64,000 nt of DNA from Ascoidea asiatica JCM 7603 (taxonomy: Eukaryota > Fungi > Ascomycota). A program made the position numbers and the translations under genes. The stretch spans positions 904,654 to 968,653 of the forward strand of contig BCKQ01000003.1 in the NCBI GenBank assembly GCA_001600695.1. The letters run 5' to 3'. The notes under the pieces were generated by a model that was not told the DNA's origin, made no database searches, and worked only from the letters and a program-made list of their open reading frames with translations. Positions 1-12,400 of the stretch are shown here, in pieces (the stretch's first letter is position 1; each line of letters begins with the position of its first letter).

Positions 1-107
1 TTCTTTTAAAAAAAAAAAAAACATTTTTAACTTAAAATAATAATAGACAATCTCTTTTCACAGAAAAAAAAAAAAAAAACATTTTAGTAGAATATATAAT
101 ATAATTT

Positions 108-584
108 TTAAAAACATTTTGAAATTGAATCATAAGCAGGAGTTGTATTTATATAATTATTTTTATGATAATTATTTAAATTATTAGATAAGAATAATAA
201 AATTTTATTTAAATTTTTTTTTTTTTTAATTAATAAATTAAATTGATTTCTTTCAAATCTATATAATAAAATTATTGGTAATGAACGATTAAAATATAAT
301 TGTAAACCATTTAAAATTTCAATTAAAATATCTTTATCAATTATTGAATTTAAATTTTTTAATTCTGAATTTTTAAAATCATTTAAAATTGTTACAATTG
401 TGAAATTTATTGGTAATGGTAAATCAATTAATTTATGATTTTTAGTTATATTTTCCCAATCTTCAACTAAGAAATATTTTAAATTATCAGGTATTATTAA
501 ATTTATTTCCAAATTATTTGAATCTTTATCATAATCATTATTATTTGAATTACGATTATCATTATTGTTATCATTATCATTTGG

Positions 585-625
<41 letters not shown>

Positions 626-1082
626 CATCAGTTATTGTTCTTCTTCTTCTTGTTGAACTTAAATCATTTGAATTTGAATTTGAATCATTTGAATGAGAAT
701 TTGAATCATTATTATTTATATCATTAATTTTTTTAATTGAATTACCTAAAGTTATAGAATTTGTTGAATTTAAAGCAGCTTTTTTTAATTCTTTTTGAAT
801 TTTAAGATTTTCAAAAGTAAATGGTAAAACTCTTTCATTTCTAACCCATTCATCCCAAGTTGATTTCCAACCTTTATAATGTATATAATAAAAAAAATGA
901 GTATCAGTACCAACGGAAGATAATAAAAATTCTGGAATTGAATTATTTTTTAAAGGTTCATGACCATCTTTTGTTATTATAAATTGTTTACTTAATTCAT
1001 AAGTTTTTAAAATTTTAGCCTCATATAATAATGGACCATGATAAGCAAGACATTTTGAATTTGGAGGAAGTGGTTTATCCAT
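108..1082 (-). CDS. EAF3: Eaf3/MRG15 chromodomain + MRG-domain protein (NuA4/Rpd3S subunit); MRG domain apparently internally deleted
   Basis: Chromo-barrel CLAYHGPLLYEAKIL...YYIHYKGWKSTWDEWV; MRG start LKYFLVEDWENITK, GLQLYFNRSL..LLYRFER; C-terminal YINTTPAYD. Confidence 0.93.
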
Positions 1083-1724
1083 TATTGAATTCTTTGTTGT
1101 TATATTTATAAATTGACTAGTTAATTAGTTGATTAATAGCCTATTGATTGAATAATTATTTCAAATATATATATTTATTTTATATACTTGCAAAACAAGT
1201 ATATTTTAAACTTATTTGATATGTGAGAAGAGAGTTTAACTGCCGTGGTGCAAATCGCGTAGTAATTTTAAAAATTACTTTATTTTCTTTTAATTTCATT
1301 TAAATTTATCACGCGTCGACCCACAGCGCTGGTAGACGTGGAAGGAGGTAATTTCATGTATTCAAACGCGGGTTACTGCAGTATCACATAATCAAACATT
1401 TTAATACATATTTGTACATATTTTAAAACCCATATCTGTGGGTCCAATATCCTCGGATATCCCGCGGTTTAAAAAGAAGACCCGAACCGTTGGTCTCATT
1501 TTATTTTCAGCTGTTCTATCACGTGCTCTCCTTTTTTTTATCTCTTAATCTGCTAGTTTAACCTTAATTGGTTTTCTTTCTTTAATTAACATTGTTATTA
1601 TTATTACTCACCTAAAAACTTTTCAATTTCCAGAGTTTGTAAGTAAAGTATTGGAATAAAGAACTTATTTCTAAAAATGTTATAAAACACAATAATAATA
1701 AATTCCAATATTTGAGAAAATATT

Positions 1725-3584
1725 ATGTTTATTAAAACAAATAAACTATTATTATCTACTTTATCTATTTCAAAGAATCATTTCAATCACTTTACTCACT
1801 TTAGTCACTTTAGTCACTTTAATCAAATTTTTCAAGTTTATCAAGTTAATAATCGTAAATATCATTTAAATTATAATAATCAAAGAAATATGTCTTCTGA
1901 AACTAATTCAAATGAAGTTAATGAAATCATTGAACCTAAGATTCAAATAGATTCTAAAGAATCTTCAATTAGTAATAACAATAATTCAATTCAAAAAGAA
2001 AATAAGAATAAAAATAAAAATAAAAATAAGAAACAAAAAGAAAATAAAAAAGAAAATAAAAAAGATTTAAATGATTTAAATCTTAATATTAAAACTCCAA
2101 AAGGAACAAAAGATTGGTCAGGTAAAGAAATTTTAATAAGAGAAAAAATTTTTGAAATTTTAATTAATTTATTTAAAAATCATGGTGGTGTAACTATAGA
2201 TACTCCAGTATTTGAATTAAAATCAATTTTAACAGGTAAATATGGTGAAGATTCAAAATTAATTTATGATTTAAAAGATCAAGGTGGTGAATTATTAAGT
2301 TTAAGATATGATTTAACTGTACCTTTTGCAAGATTTTTAGCAATGAATGAAAATATTAAAAATATTAAAAGATATCATTTATCAAAAGTTTATAGAAGAG
2401 ATCAACCTGCAATGACAAAAGGTAGAATGAGAGAATTTTATCAATGTGATTTTGATATTGCAGGTATAAATTATGATAAAATGTTACCAGATTCTGAAAT
2501 TTTAAAAATTTTATATGATGGTATAAAAAATTTAGGTATTTCAAATTTTAAAATTAAATTAAATAATAGAAAAATTCTTGATGCAATTTTTCAATTATCT
2601 GGTATTAATGAAAATGATATTAGAAAAGTTAGTTCTTCAATTGATAAATTAGATAAAGAATCTTGGAATTTTGTTAAAAATGAATTAATTAATGATAAAA
2701 ATCAAGATCCAAATTCAGTTGAAAAAATTGGTAATTATGTTAAATTAAATGGTAATTTAAATGAAATTTTAAATATTTTAAAAAATGATGAATTATTAAT
2801 GTCTTTACCTTCTGCAAAAGATGGTATAGAAGAAATGTCTCTTTTAAATGATTATATAATTCCATTTAATATTTCTGATTATATTATTTTTGATCTTTCT
2901 TTAGCAAGAGGTTTAGATTATTATACTGGTTTAATTTATGAAGCTGTAACTTCAGGTTCAAAACCTCCTGAAGATATTAAAGATTTAAATGATAAAAAAA
3001 AAAATTTAAATGAAGATGATGATGCTTCTGAATTTGTTGGTATGGGTTCAATTGCAGCTGGTGGTAGATATGATAATTTAGTTGGAATGTTTGCAAATTC
3101 AAATGGTAAAAAAAATATTCAAATTCCATGTGTTGGTATATCTTTTGGTGTTGAAAGAATTTTTTCAATTATAATTCAAAGATTAAATCAAAATAAATTT
3201 AAAGAAATTAAAAATTCTTCAACTGATGTATTTGTTATGGCTTTTGGTGGCGGTAAAGATTGGGATGGTTTTTTAAAAGAAAGAATTGAAATTACAAATA
3301 AATTATGGAATGCAAATATTAATACTGAATTTTTATATAAAAAAAAAGTTAATGTTAGAAAACAATTTGATCAAGCAGAAAAAATTGGTTGTCAAATTGC
3401 AGTAATTTTAGGTAAAGAAGAATATTTAAATGATAAAAAAATTAGAATTAAAATTTTAGGTGAACATGAATCTGGTAATGATGGTGAATTAATTGATATA
3501 AATAATTTAATTCCATATGTTAAAGAAAAATTAATTGAATTAAAAAATTTTGATCAAATAACAAAATTAGTTAAAAATTTATAA
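1725..3584 (+). CDS. HTS1: Histidyl-tRNA synthetase; upstream ATG (1725) gives a probable mitochondrial form, in-frame ATG at 1890 a cytosolic form
   Basis: KTPKGTKD, LRYDLTVPFAR, YRRDQPAMTKGRMREFYQCDFD, LARGLDYYTG, AAGGRYDNL; 55-aa extension without acidic residues before MSSETN. Confidence 0.97.
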   Translation: MFIKTNKLLLSTLSISKNHFNHFTHFSHFSHFNQIFQVYQVNNRKYHLNYNNQRNMSSETNSNEVNEIIEPKIQIDSKESSISNNNNSIQKENKNKNKNKNKKQKENKKENKKDLNDLNLNIKTPKGTKDWSGKEILIREKIFEILINLFKNHGGVTIDTPVFELKSILTGKYGEDSKLIYDLKDQGGELLSLRYDLTVPFARFLAMNENIKNIKRYHLSKVYRRDQPAMTKGRMREFYQCDFDIAGINYDKMLPDSEILKILYDGIKNLGISNFKIKLNNRKILDAIFQLSGINENDIRKVSSSIDKLDKESWNFVKNELINDKNQDPNSVEKIGNYVKLNGNLNEILNILKNDELLMSLPSAKDGIEEMSLLNDYIIPFNISDYIIFDLSLARGLDYYTGLIYEAVTSGSKPPEDIKDLNDKKKNLNEDDDASEFVGMGSIAAGGRYDNLVGMFANSNGKKNIQIPCVGISFGVERIFSIIIQRLNQNKFKEIKNSSTDVFVMAFGGGKDWDGFLKERIEITNKLWNANINTEFLYKKKVNVRKQFDQAEKIGCQIAVILGKEEYLNDKKIRIKILGEHESGNDGELIDINNLIPYVKEKLIELKNFDQITKLVKNL

Positions 3585-3703
3585 TAAACTAAATATCTAA
3601 TTGGTTATATATAGTATAATATAATATGAAAAAAAAAATAAAATAAAAACAAAGAAAAAGTAAATAAAGTAAATGAAATAAGTAAAGTAAATAAAATAAA
3701 TTT

Positions 3704-4790
3704 CTAGTGATTTAAAAATCTTATACAATAATCATAAATTGAAAATGATAATGCTGCTGATGGTGCACTTTTTATTACAGCTAATGTGAAACCTCTATAT
3801 AAACCAATTATACCTTCATTTTTAATAATTTTTTTACAAATATCATAAATTGAATTTTTATTATGATAAATATTATTAATTGGATTATTATAAATATATT
3901 TATAATTTTTAATTAAAATTTCATTATTACTACCTTTAATTTGTAATCTTCTTTTAATTAAATCTAAAGGAAATGTGATTCCTTTTGAAATAAAACCTGC
4001 TAAAAATCCAGATAAATATTGATTTATTAAATTTTTATTATTTTCAGAAATTTTTAAATAATTATTATTATTATTAAAAATTTTAAAATTATAATTAAAA
4101 TTTATATTTTTTTTAAAATAATCATAAGAATAAAATGAAATTCCAGTTGAAATTGAAACTTGATATAAAGTTGTTTTTAAACCTCCATAAAAACCATTAA
4201 TTCCTTCAGTTTTTATAATATTATTAATAGTTTTAAAAAAATGAAAAAATTCTTTAGAATTATTTGCAACAAATCTTGTTCTTAAAACATCAAATGGATA
4301 AGTTAATGTTGTTGCAAAACATCCACTTATTGAACCAAAAATTAATGGATTTAAATTATTATTATTATTGATTTTTGAAAAATTATCATTTAAAATTGTA
4401 TAACATGTAAATTGAGATGAACCATATAATATATACATAATTTCTGCAGGTACATTACCTTTCCAAAATGCTTTTAAACCATTTTCATTTTTATAAATTG
4501 AATTAGTTATATTTATGATAATTTTACCATTTTGAAAAAAAGAATAAGAATTTAAAGGTTTTATTGAATTAAAATTAAATAATTGTAATCTAATTTTAAC
4601 AACATCAATTGGTGATATAAGCGCTCTAGTTATCATTCCAGAAATTGAACCTGCAATTACAGAATCATAAGTATGTTTTATTTTACTTGAATGTTTGGGA
4701 TTATTGAGTTTATTGGATAAATCTAGTTTTGAATCAAATTTTGAATCATATTTTGTAGTTGTATTGAGATTATCGTCATTGTTATTGTTA

Positions 4791-4825
<35 letters not shown>

Positions 4826-4906
4826 TAGGCTAAGAATAGTCGAATTATTATTGAGATTTGGAGTATCTGAGACAAATTTTGATTTGAGGTTTGTGAAAAA
4901 AGGCAT
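3704..4906 (-). CDS. TPC1: Mitochondrial thiamine pyrophosphate carrier (SLC25 family)
   Basis: Three carrier signatures (PIDVVKIRLQ, PFDVLRTRF, PLDLIKRRLQ); FWKGNVPAEIMYILYGSSQF is typical of Tpc1/SLC25A19. Confidence 0.88.
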
Positions 4907-5406
4907 CGATGAAGAAGACTTTGATTAAAATTGATTAATGAATAACAAATAATAGTTTAAATAAGGATTAGTTATTATTATATATATATTCTTGAATAAG
5001 AAACATTTAGAAACAGAAGAAACAATTAAATGATGAGTAAACTCAAAGAAGAAGTTCAATATTTAAAAAAAATATAGTCATAAATGCATTTAAATAAACA
5101 AAAAAAGGTACTTTTATTCCAATACTTTTTTATATTCTTTTAAATTTACACCACTTTTAGGAACCATACCCGAAAAATATCAACCGACGGTCACAGTTTC
5201 TCTAGAAATATACGAAGTTGGGCCGATAATCCCCAATTAATTTGGGATATTTCGGGTATTTTTACACTTTTGGAGACAGTTTTTTTCTTTTTTTTGTCAC
5301 TAAATTCCTAAATAGTTAAATATTAAATAAATATAATATTAATCTCATTCATAATTAAATGATAAGGTAAAATATATAATATATAATATAAAATATAGAG
5401 ATAAAC

Positions 5407-6060
5407 TTAATAGATTCTTTGAGCAGGACCCATAGTTGATTTAATAACTAAAGATCCAACATTTTGCCAATGTTTTTTTAATAAAGAGACTAAGAAATTA
5501 GAAGCCATCATAATTTGATTAACTAAAACATCTTCATCCATTTCAACATTACCAATGGCAACAGCAAGACATAAAACTTTCTTTAATTGAAATTTAATGG
5601 TTGATTTAACATCATTAACTTTATTATTTAAATCATCATTATGAGAAACTGGAGTTGGAAATTTACCAGCTTTTGATAATTGAGGACCTAATAATCTTGG
5701 AACTTGTTTAATTAAAACTTCAGAAGCAATAAAAGCATTATATTTTTTTGCTAATTTTTTAATTAATTTTTTATTTTTATTTAATTTTTTTAAATCATCA
5801 ACTGACATAGCATCAATACCTAAAGATTTAGCTCTATCAACATCAAAAGCATCACCAAAAATACAAATGGTCATATTTGGTCTTGGAACTTGTGGTAATT
5901 TTAAAGAACCGGAGAAACGTTTATCTCTTTGAGGATCATAATTTTTAAGACCAACTTGTAATTCAACAGTTTCTAAAAAGTTTCTCTTTTTAGTATTTGT
6001 TGAATATTCAAGAATAGTTTTGACACTTTCACGAACAGAAGCAGAAGTAATTTTAGACAT
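5407..6060 (-). CDS. RPL1: 60S ribosomal protein uL1 (L1/L10a)
   Basis: 217 aa, near-identical to yeast Rpl1: [29 protein letters not shown]. Confidence 0.99.
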   Translation of the reverse strand: MSKITSASVRESVKTILEYSTNTKKRNFLETVELQVGLKNYDPQRDKRFSGSLKLPQVPRPNMTICIFGDAFDVDRAKSLGIDAMSVDDLKKLNKNKKLIKKLAKKYNAFIASEVLIKQVPRLLGPQLSKAGKFPTPVSHNDDLNNKVNDVKSTIKFQLKKVLCLAVAIGNVEMDEDVLVNQIMMASNFLVSLLKKHWQNVGSLVIKSTMGPAQRIY

Positions 6061-6270
6061 TTTTTAATATATTTAATATCGTCTCCCAAGTATATAATAA
6101 TTGGTATTCCAGAGTGGTTTTCGACAATGATTACTTATAATAATTACTTATAAAATTTTCAAAAGACTATTAAAAAAGCAGTTCCTTTAAAACAAGAAGT
6201 AATCATGAAATATTACGAAAAGCCATTCAAACCAAAACGATTGTCCATCACATCACCTATCTAAAAAAAA

Positions 6271-6370
6271 AAACCCTGGTTCAACAATGAAAAATAAAAA
6301 TGATTATCATAAATTGATCACGAGTTTACAGCTAGGGCTTTTGAATGTTTTATTAAAAATTGAGCACGTG
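6271..6370. promoter_or_regulatory. Tbf1-like and Cbf1-type (CACGTG) sites upstream of RPL1
   Basis: AAACCCTGG 6271, TAGGGCT 6333, CACGTG 6365; Tbf1+Cbf1 is the Candida albicans-type ribosomal protein promoter logic. Confidence 0.5.
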
Positions 6371-7171
6371 CAATATAACTCCATTCCTTTGACACAATTT
6401 ATTTGCGGTTATTTCCGCACCCACATAACTGGTTTTTCAATTTTATATATTTCAAGTCACCTGATATATTTTTAAAAAAAAAGGTTCCGGAGTTTGTTTT
6501 TCGGGTCCGTTTTCAAAACTCCCGAAGCGGAACAGCCTGGCGGAACACAGGCACGGATGTACTTTTTAGGTTTTCCAAATCAAGCTTTTTTATGCTGCTA
6601 AGCACATTCGAAAAACCTTTATGGCTTAGAACGCGATTATGTGACGTTGACGCTTTGGGATAAAAAAAAAATAAAAATTTTGGTTGAGTGAGCCAAATTC
6701 CCGGTCCACTTTTCACTTGTGTTGAAGTGAATTATTTTAACACATATTCTTCTATTATTTTTTAATTTTGTTCTAATTTTTAAGGTAAAAATCTGGAGAG
6801 GTCATTTTCACAATCCAATTTAGGATTAAACCTATATCTTTACGAATTTTTTTCAATTTTAGAAGTGTGAATATGCATTGTAAATCTTATAAAAACAATA
6901 AATACCTGTTTCATCAATGAAAAAAAAATGAACTAATTACCTAATTTACTAGTTAACTAATTATTTGTAAGTTAAATTTGAAAATATATTTCATATTATA
7001 TATATATAAATTCTCTCTTATTTTTTCAATTCTATTAATACTAGAAAATGTATATTATTGATTTCCTTTTCTTCATAGGTTTTTTGTCAATTAAAATTCA
7101 TCTTGTGAATAAAAATATTAATTTGAAATATAATTGGAAATAGAATAGTGAATGAAAAATACCAGTTATCA

Positions 7172-8236
7172 ATGAATCCTAATTTTTTGTATATTTATTA
7201 TTGTATAATATTTACTTTCAATAGTTTAATAATTAAAGCAGATTTTATTTCAAATCTTTTACTCTCTCAAAAGGATGTGAATGTGAATATTAATGTGGAT
7301 GTGAATGATGATTGTCCTATATGTGATCAACTAACAAACACTTGTTCAACAACTGATTCTGATTCAACTGATGATCAAATTTTAGAATGTTTTTGTAACC
7401 AAAGTGATGAATATTGGAATAATTTATATTCTTGTAATGTTTGTCGTTATCCAGATTTTGCTAATGATGTTTCCAGTGGAACAGAAGGAAAAAATATGAC
7501 TTGTAGTTCATATTTGAATCCTTCTTCAAGTTATTCTGATAATACAGAAGCAACAGAAACTTATTATGATGTATATCCCTATTCTTATAGTACAGAATCA
7601 ATTTCTATACCTGAAAATTGGGAAGAATCTTGTAGTTCAGCTGCTGATTCTGTATCTTCATATTGTGTTTCAACAAATTTAGGCGATAGTTTTGATGATA
7701 ATGTTTATTGTACATGGCTTCAATGTTTATGTGACTTAAATAATGAACAATATTGGTATGATGAATATAATTGTTCAACTATTTCATATAATAAAACAAC
7801 TTATGAAAATGATGTTATAGAAAATAAAAACCAAACATGTGGTGATCTTAGTCTTATTTCTTATACTTCTATTAATTTAACATCAGCAAATTCTGTAATG
7901 GAAACTGCATCAATGTATTTGGATAATTATTTAACTGTATCCAAAGATAAAATAACTACTAAAACAAAAAAATCTGATATTTCTACGGTTTCTACTACTT
8001 CAAGTGGTTTGAAATCTTCTTCTCCATATCCATCTTCAACAATATCCATTTCTGTCTCTGAAAAAACAGTCACTGTTACAAGCTCTGCTGCTCAAAGTAC
8101 TTTATCAACTCCATCTTCTACTTCACAATCTTCTTCAGAATCTTTAAACTCAGTGAATTCAAAAGATTCAGGTTCTAATTTACAAATTTCTTTTGGCCTT
8201 TCATTTTTCTCATTTATTGTTCTTTGTTTTCTTTGA
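7172..8236 (+). CDS. Secreted Cys-rich, Ser/Thr-stalked, probably GPI-anchored cell-surface protein of unknown family
   Basis: First ATG at 7172; hydrophobic N-terminus, two related Cys modules, S/T-rich stalk, C-terminal SKDSGS followed by a hydrophobic tail. Confidence 0.8.
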   Translation: MNPNFLYIYYCIIFTFNSLIIKADFISNLLLSQKDVNVNINVDVNDDCPICDQLTNTCSTTDSDSTDDQILECFCNQSDEYWNNLYSCNVCRYPDFANDVSSGTEGKNMTCSSYLNPSSSYSDNTEATETYYDVYPYSYSTESISIPENWEESCSSAADSVSSYCVSTNLGDSFDDNVYCTWLQCLCDLNNEQYWYDEYNCSTISYNKTTYENDVIENKNQTCGDLSLISYTSINLTSANSVMETASMYLDNYLTVSKDKITTKTKKSDISTVSTTSSGLKSSSPYPSSTISISVSEKTVTVTSSAAQSTLSTPSSTSQSSSESLNSVNSKDSGSNLQISFGLSFFSFIVLCFL

Positions 8237-8716
8237 GTTGTATTTAATAAAATTAAATATAATAAATAATTTTACAGTAATCTCTTCTTTTCTTTTTTTT
8301 CTCTTCTCTTCTCTTCTCTTTGTAGTTGTTTATCCTTAAATTGTAATTTTACAAAAATAAATACTAAAGTTTTACTAAAGTTTTACTAGAAATTTATGAT
8401 TTTTTTACCCCAGATTTTAATGTAACGCCGTATGCACGGTACTCCTTATTATGCTATTTAAATATAATTTCATTTCAAATTTTATTTGGCACAAATACAC
8501 TTTTCTTCATAATCAAAAAAACATCGAATCTTTTATCTTTCAAGAAGAACAGAGATTTTCATTCTTTACTTCTCCCATTGAATTTCAAAGTTTAAAGACT
8601 TTCAGAATTAGTTCATAGAAAAATGAAAAGGGGTTTATATAAATATGCTGAGAAAATTTCATATACTGTATCTCATTTACTTATCTGATCATATATAATT
8701 TTGCTTTTTTAAGAAA

Positions 8717-10030
8717 ATGCCAATAAGTTTACAATCAGGAAATAATGTTTCACTTGGAACCATTGTTTGGTTTTCTGTCAAACCAATGTTCAAAATATAT
8801 TTAATATTATTAAGTGGTTTTTTTTTAGGAAAATCAGATGTTTTAAATTATCAAACAAATAAAAAATTATCTCAAATAATGTTAACAGTCTTATTACCTT
8901 GTCAAATATTTAATAAAGTTATAACTTTTATAAATTATAAAGATATAAAATTAATTGGTATTATTGTTTTAACTTTTTTAGTAATTTCAATTTTCAGTTT
9001 AATTATTGGATTAATAATTGCATTTTTAACACCTGTTCCAAAATCTTGGAAAGGAGGTTCTATTGCTATTTCTTTATTAAGAAGTGATGCTGATGTTCCT
9101 GTTGCTTATCTTCAAAGTTTATTTGATACATTTGTTAGTAGTAGAGGTATAGCCTTCAATTGTATCTTTGTTTGTTGTACTACAATTTTAACTTTCAATT
9201 TAGGTGCTTATAAATTAATTAAAAATGATTTCAAAGAAAATTTAGAATTGGAAGATGATACTTTAATTCTATCAGATGATCAGGATAATTTTAGAAATGA
9301 AAATCAAGAAGAAATAAAATCTCAAAAATCAAATTTATCTTCAAATACAAAAAGAGCTTTATATAGCCTTTTAGAAAATCTTTTAAAACCAATATCTTTT
9401 ATAACAGTTTTATCATTAGGAATAACAATGTGTCCATGGACTAGAGCTCTTTTTGTAATTACAGATAATTTTAATTATAAAAATAATCCTCCAGATGATT
9501 TACCTCCTTTAAATTTTTTAATTGATTTTTCTTCTTATATTGGACAAGCTCAAGTTCCATTAGGATTACTTTTATTAGGATCAACTTTTTCAAGATTATC
9601 AGGAACTTTTGAATTTAGAAAAATAAAAAAATTACTTATTTCTTCTTGTTTATTGGCAATATTAAAACTTTGCATTTTACCAATTATTGGTGTACTTTAT
9701 ATTTTATTGATAAAAAATAAATTTCATTGGTTAGATACAAATAATAAGGATGAAGATAAAATTGCAGTTTTTGTTATGATAATAAATTTTGGAATTGCCA
9801 GTTTAACTTCTCAGATTTATCTCACATATTCATATATTGAAATGCGAAAAGAAAACAGGTTAGCTATTAATAAAGACATTAGTGAAGAAAATGTTATTGA
9901 AGATAACTTAAATGATGATCATGTTCAATTAGATTGTTTGGCTTTGTTTTTTGTTTCTGAATATTTTATATTGTTTTTTAGTTTACCCTTTTTAACTTCA
10001 TTTACTCTAAAAATTATTCTGAAATTATAA
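8717..10030 (+). CDS. Ecm3-like auxin-efflux-carrier (Mem_trans/PILS) family transporter
   Basis: SLGTIVWFSVKPMFKIYLI, LLPCQIFNK, PWTRALFV, PPLNFLIDFSSYIGQAQVPLGLLLLG. Confidence 0.88.
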   Translation: MPISLQSGNNVSLGTIVWFSVKPMFKIYLILLSGFFLGKSDVLNYQTNKKLSQIMLTVLLPCQIFNKVITFINYKDIKLIGIIVLTFLVISIFSLIIGLIIAFLTPVPKSWKGGSIAISLLRSDADVPVAYLQSLFDTFVSSRGIAFNCIFVCCTTILTFNLGAYKLIKNDFKENLELEDDTLILSDDQDNFRNENQEEIKSQKSNLSSNTKRALYSLLENLLKPISFITVLSLGITMCPWTRALFVITDNFNYKNNPPDDLPPLNFLIDFSSYIGQAQVPLGLLLLGSTFSRLSGTFEFRKIKKLLISSCLLAILKLCILPIIGVLYILLIKNKFHWLDTNNKDEDKIAVFVMIINFGIASLTSQIYLTYSYIEMRKENRLAINKDISEENVIEDNLNDDHVQLDCLALFFVSEYFILFFSLPFLTSFTLKIILKL

Positions 10031-10090
10031 ATAAAGTTTTTATTTTTGTATTTCTTTTTTTTTCTTATTTGTTATGAGTATATAGCTATA

Positions 10091-12050
10091 TCAAAGCTCA
10101 TTATGATTAATATTTATTATACTTTCTTCATTCTCATATTTTTGAATATTTTCTTTGAAACAACCAATTGGACTAGTAATATCAAAATTATATTGACAAA
10201 CTTCAGGTTCAGTTACTTTTAAAATTCTATTTTCACTTCCACATTTAATATTAACTATACCTTTTCTAATTGGACCATTCCAACATCTTGCACCATTTTC
10301 AAACATTAATCTAACAGCAGAAATTTTATTTGATTGATTATTATTATCATCATCATCATCATCATCATCATCAACATCAAAATTTAAAAAATTATTAGAT
10401 TCATCTTTAATTTTTAAAATTTCAAAATTTTGATTATAAGAACCAATTTTAACACCATTTCCACCTTTTTTAGGTTTTTGATGAATATCACCAGTAAAAC
10501 ATAATTCATAAATATAATCACCAATTGATTCCGAAATACAATCATCTTCTAAAGCTCTTAAAATATCATCAGGACCAAATTTTTTTTCAGAATCTTTAAG
10601 TTCATCATTTTCAAGTTTATCAATTTCAGTTTCAATATTATTAATTTTTTGTTTTAAATCTTCAATTTCTTTTTTTTTATTTAAAACTTCTTTATTTTCA
10701 TTTTCATTTTCATCAATGTTATTTAATAAAATTTCAGTTTTTTCTGAATTTAATTTTTTTAATTTATTATCTTTTATACGATTTGTACCTAAAAATTCAT
10801 CAATAATTGAATTATAATTATCATGAATTTTTTCCCAAAAAGATTTTTCAATAATTGTTTCAGTTTTATAATATTCATTTTCAATTTCAATATCATTTTC
10901 AATTTCATTTTCTTTTTTAAATTCTTCAATAAATTTATCAATTGGTTCATTAAATAAAACAAATTTATTTATAATTTCATTTAATATATTTAATGAATCA
11001 TTATTAGAATTTAAATTATTATTAATATTATCATTAGAATTTGATAAATATTGTTGAAAATCATTAATTGTAAGTTTAACAATATTATTATTAAAATTTG
11101 GATTATAATTTTGAATAAAATAATTTAAAATTTCTTTTAATTGATTAATTGAATTAATTAAAATTTGATTATTTTCATTAAAGAATTTTAAATAATTATT
11201 AAAATTTGAATTTAATAAAAATTTTTTATCATTTATTAAAGAATCAATTTTAATATTAATTTCATTATCATTTTTAATATTTGAAATATCTTTAATTAAA
11301 GAATCTAAATTTAATTGATTTATGAAATTTGATTTTAAATTATCTAAATTTGAAATTAATTCTGAATTATTTTTTATTAATAAATTATTTTGATTATTAT
11401 TTTTAAAGATATTAAAATTTTTAATTGAATCTTTTACAGCTAAATCATTAATTGATTGATCAAAATTAATTGAGAGATTATTAAGAATATTAAATAAATT
11501 ATTATAATCATTGATGAAATTATTGAATTGAATTGAATTAGAATTTAAAATTTTTAATAAATTATTATTAATTAAAGGTTTAAAAGAATTTAAATAAATT
11601 GAATTTAAATTATTTATAAAATTATTTATAAAATTATTTTGAAAATTATTTTGAAAATTGGTTTTAAAATTTGAATTTAATTTAATTAAATTAATTAATT
11701 GATTATTTAAAATTTTTAAATTTTTATTAAAATTTTTAAATAATTTTTTTTTATTATTTAAATTTAAAATTAAATTTTTTTTTAAATTTAAAGAAATTTT
11801 AATTAAATTTAATTTTAAATTATAACTAATTTTAAAATTTTTAATAAATTGAATTAAATTTTTATTATAAATTAAATTTAATTCATTACATTTATTTGTA
11901 CAATTTAAATTTTTATTTAACCATTCATCAGAACCATCACAACATTTATTATAATCACAAATTCCATCATTAATTTTAAAATTATCTATAAACATTGGTT
12001 TAAAACCAGAATTTTTACAATAAAATTTAATTTTTTTAAAATTTTTTTTA

Positions 12051-12087
<37 letters not shown>

Positions 12088-12400
12088 AGTTAATATTTAA
12101 ATTTGAACATGCAGAAGTTCCAGGTTCATCACTACCATCAGGACAATCACAATAATTATCATTAATTTTATTTAAATCAATTTCAATTTCTGGATAATTA
12201 ATACATTGAAATTTATTATTTTTATTTGGTTTATAATAATGTTCATCATTTGGAGAAATTCCAATTAAATTAATATTCTTATTTAATTCATTATTTAATT
12301 CATTATTTAATTTATTATTATTGTCATGTATTTCTAAAGAAAGTATTAAAAGAATATTTGATAAAAAGAGAATTAAGATTTTGAATTGAAATTTAAACAT
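10091..12400 (-). CDS. GTB1: Glucosidase II beta subunit
   Basis: Signal peptide; INDNYCDCPDGSDEPGTSAC and CCDGSDE; C-terminal MRH domain (YELCF, NGARCWNGPIR, EPEVCQY); ends HNEL. Confidence 0.93.

Noticed and set aside
1-125. Intron extending EAF3 past its stop
   Set aside because: The ORF already ends with the conserved Eaf3 C-terminal motif and there is no good donor
6287-6716. Small ORFs upstream of RPL1
   Set aside because: Promoter DNA, mostly non-ATG starts, no recognisable homology
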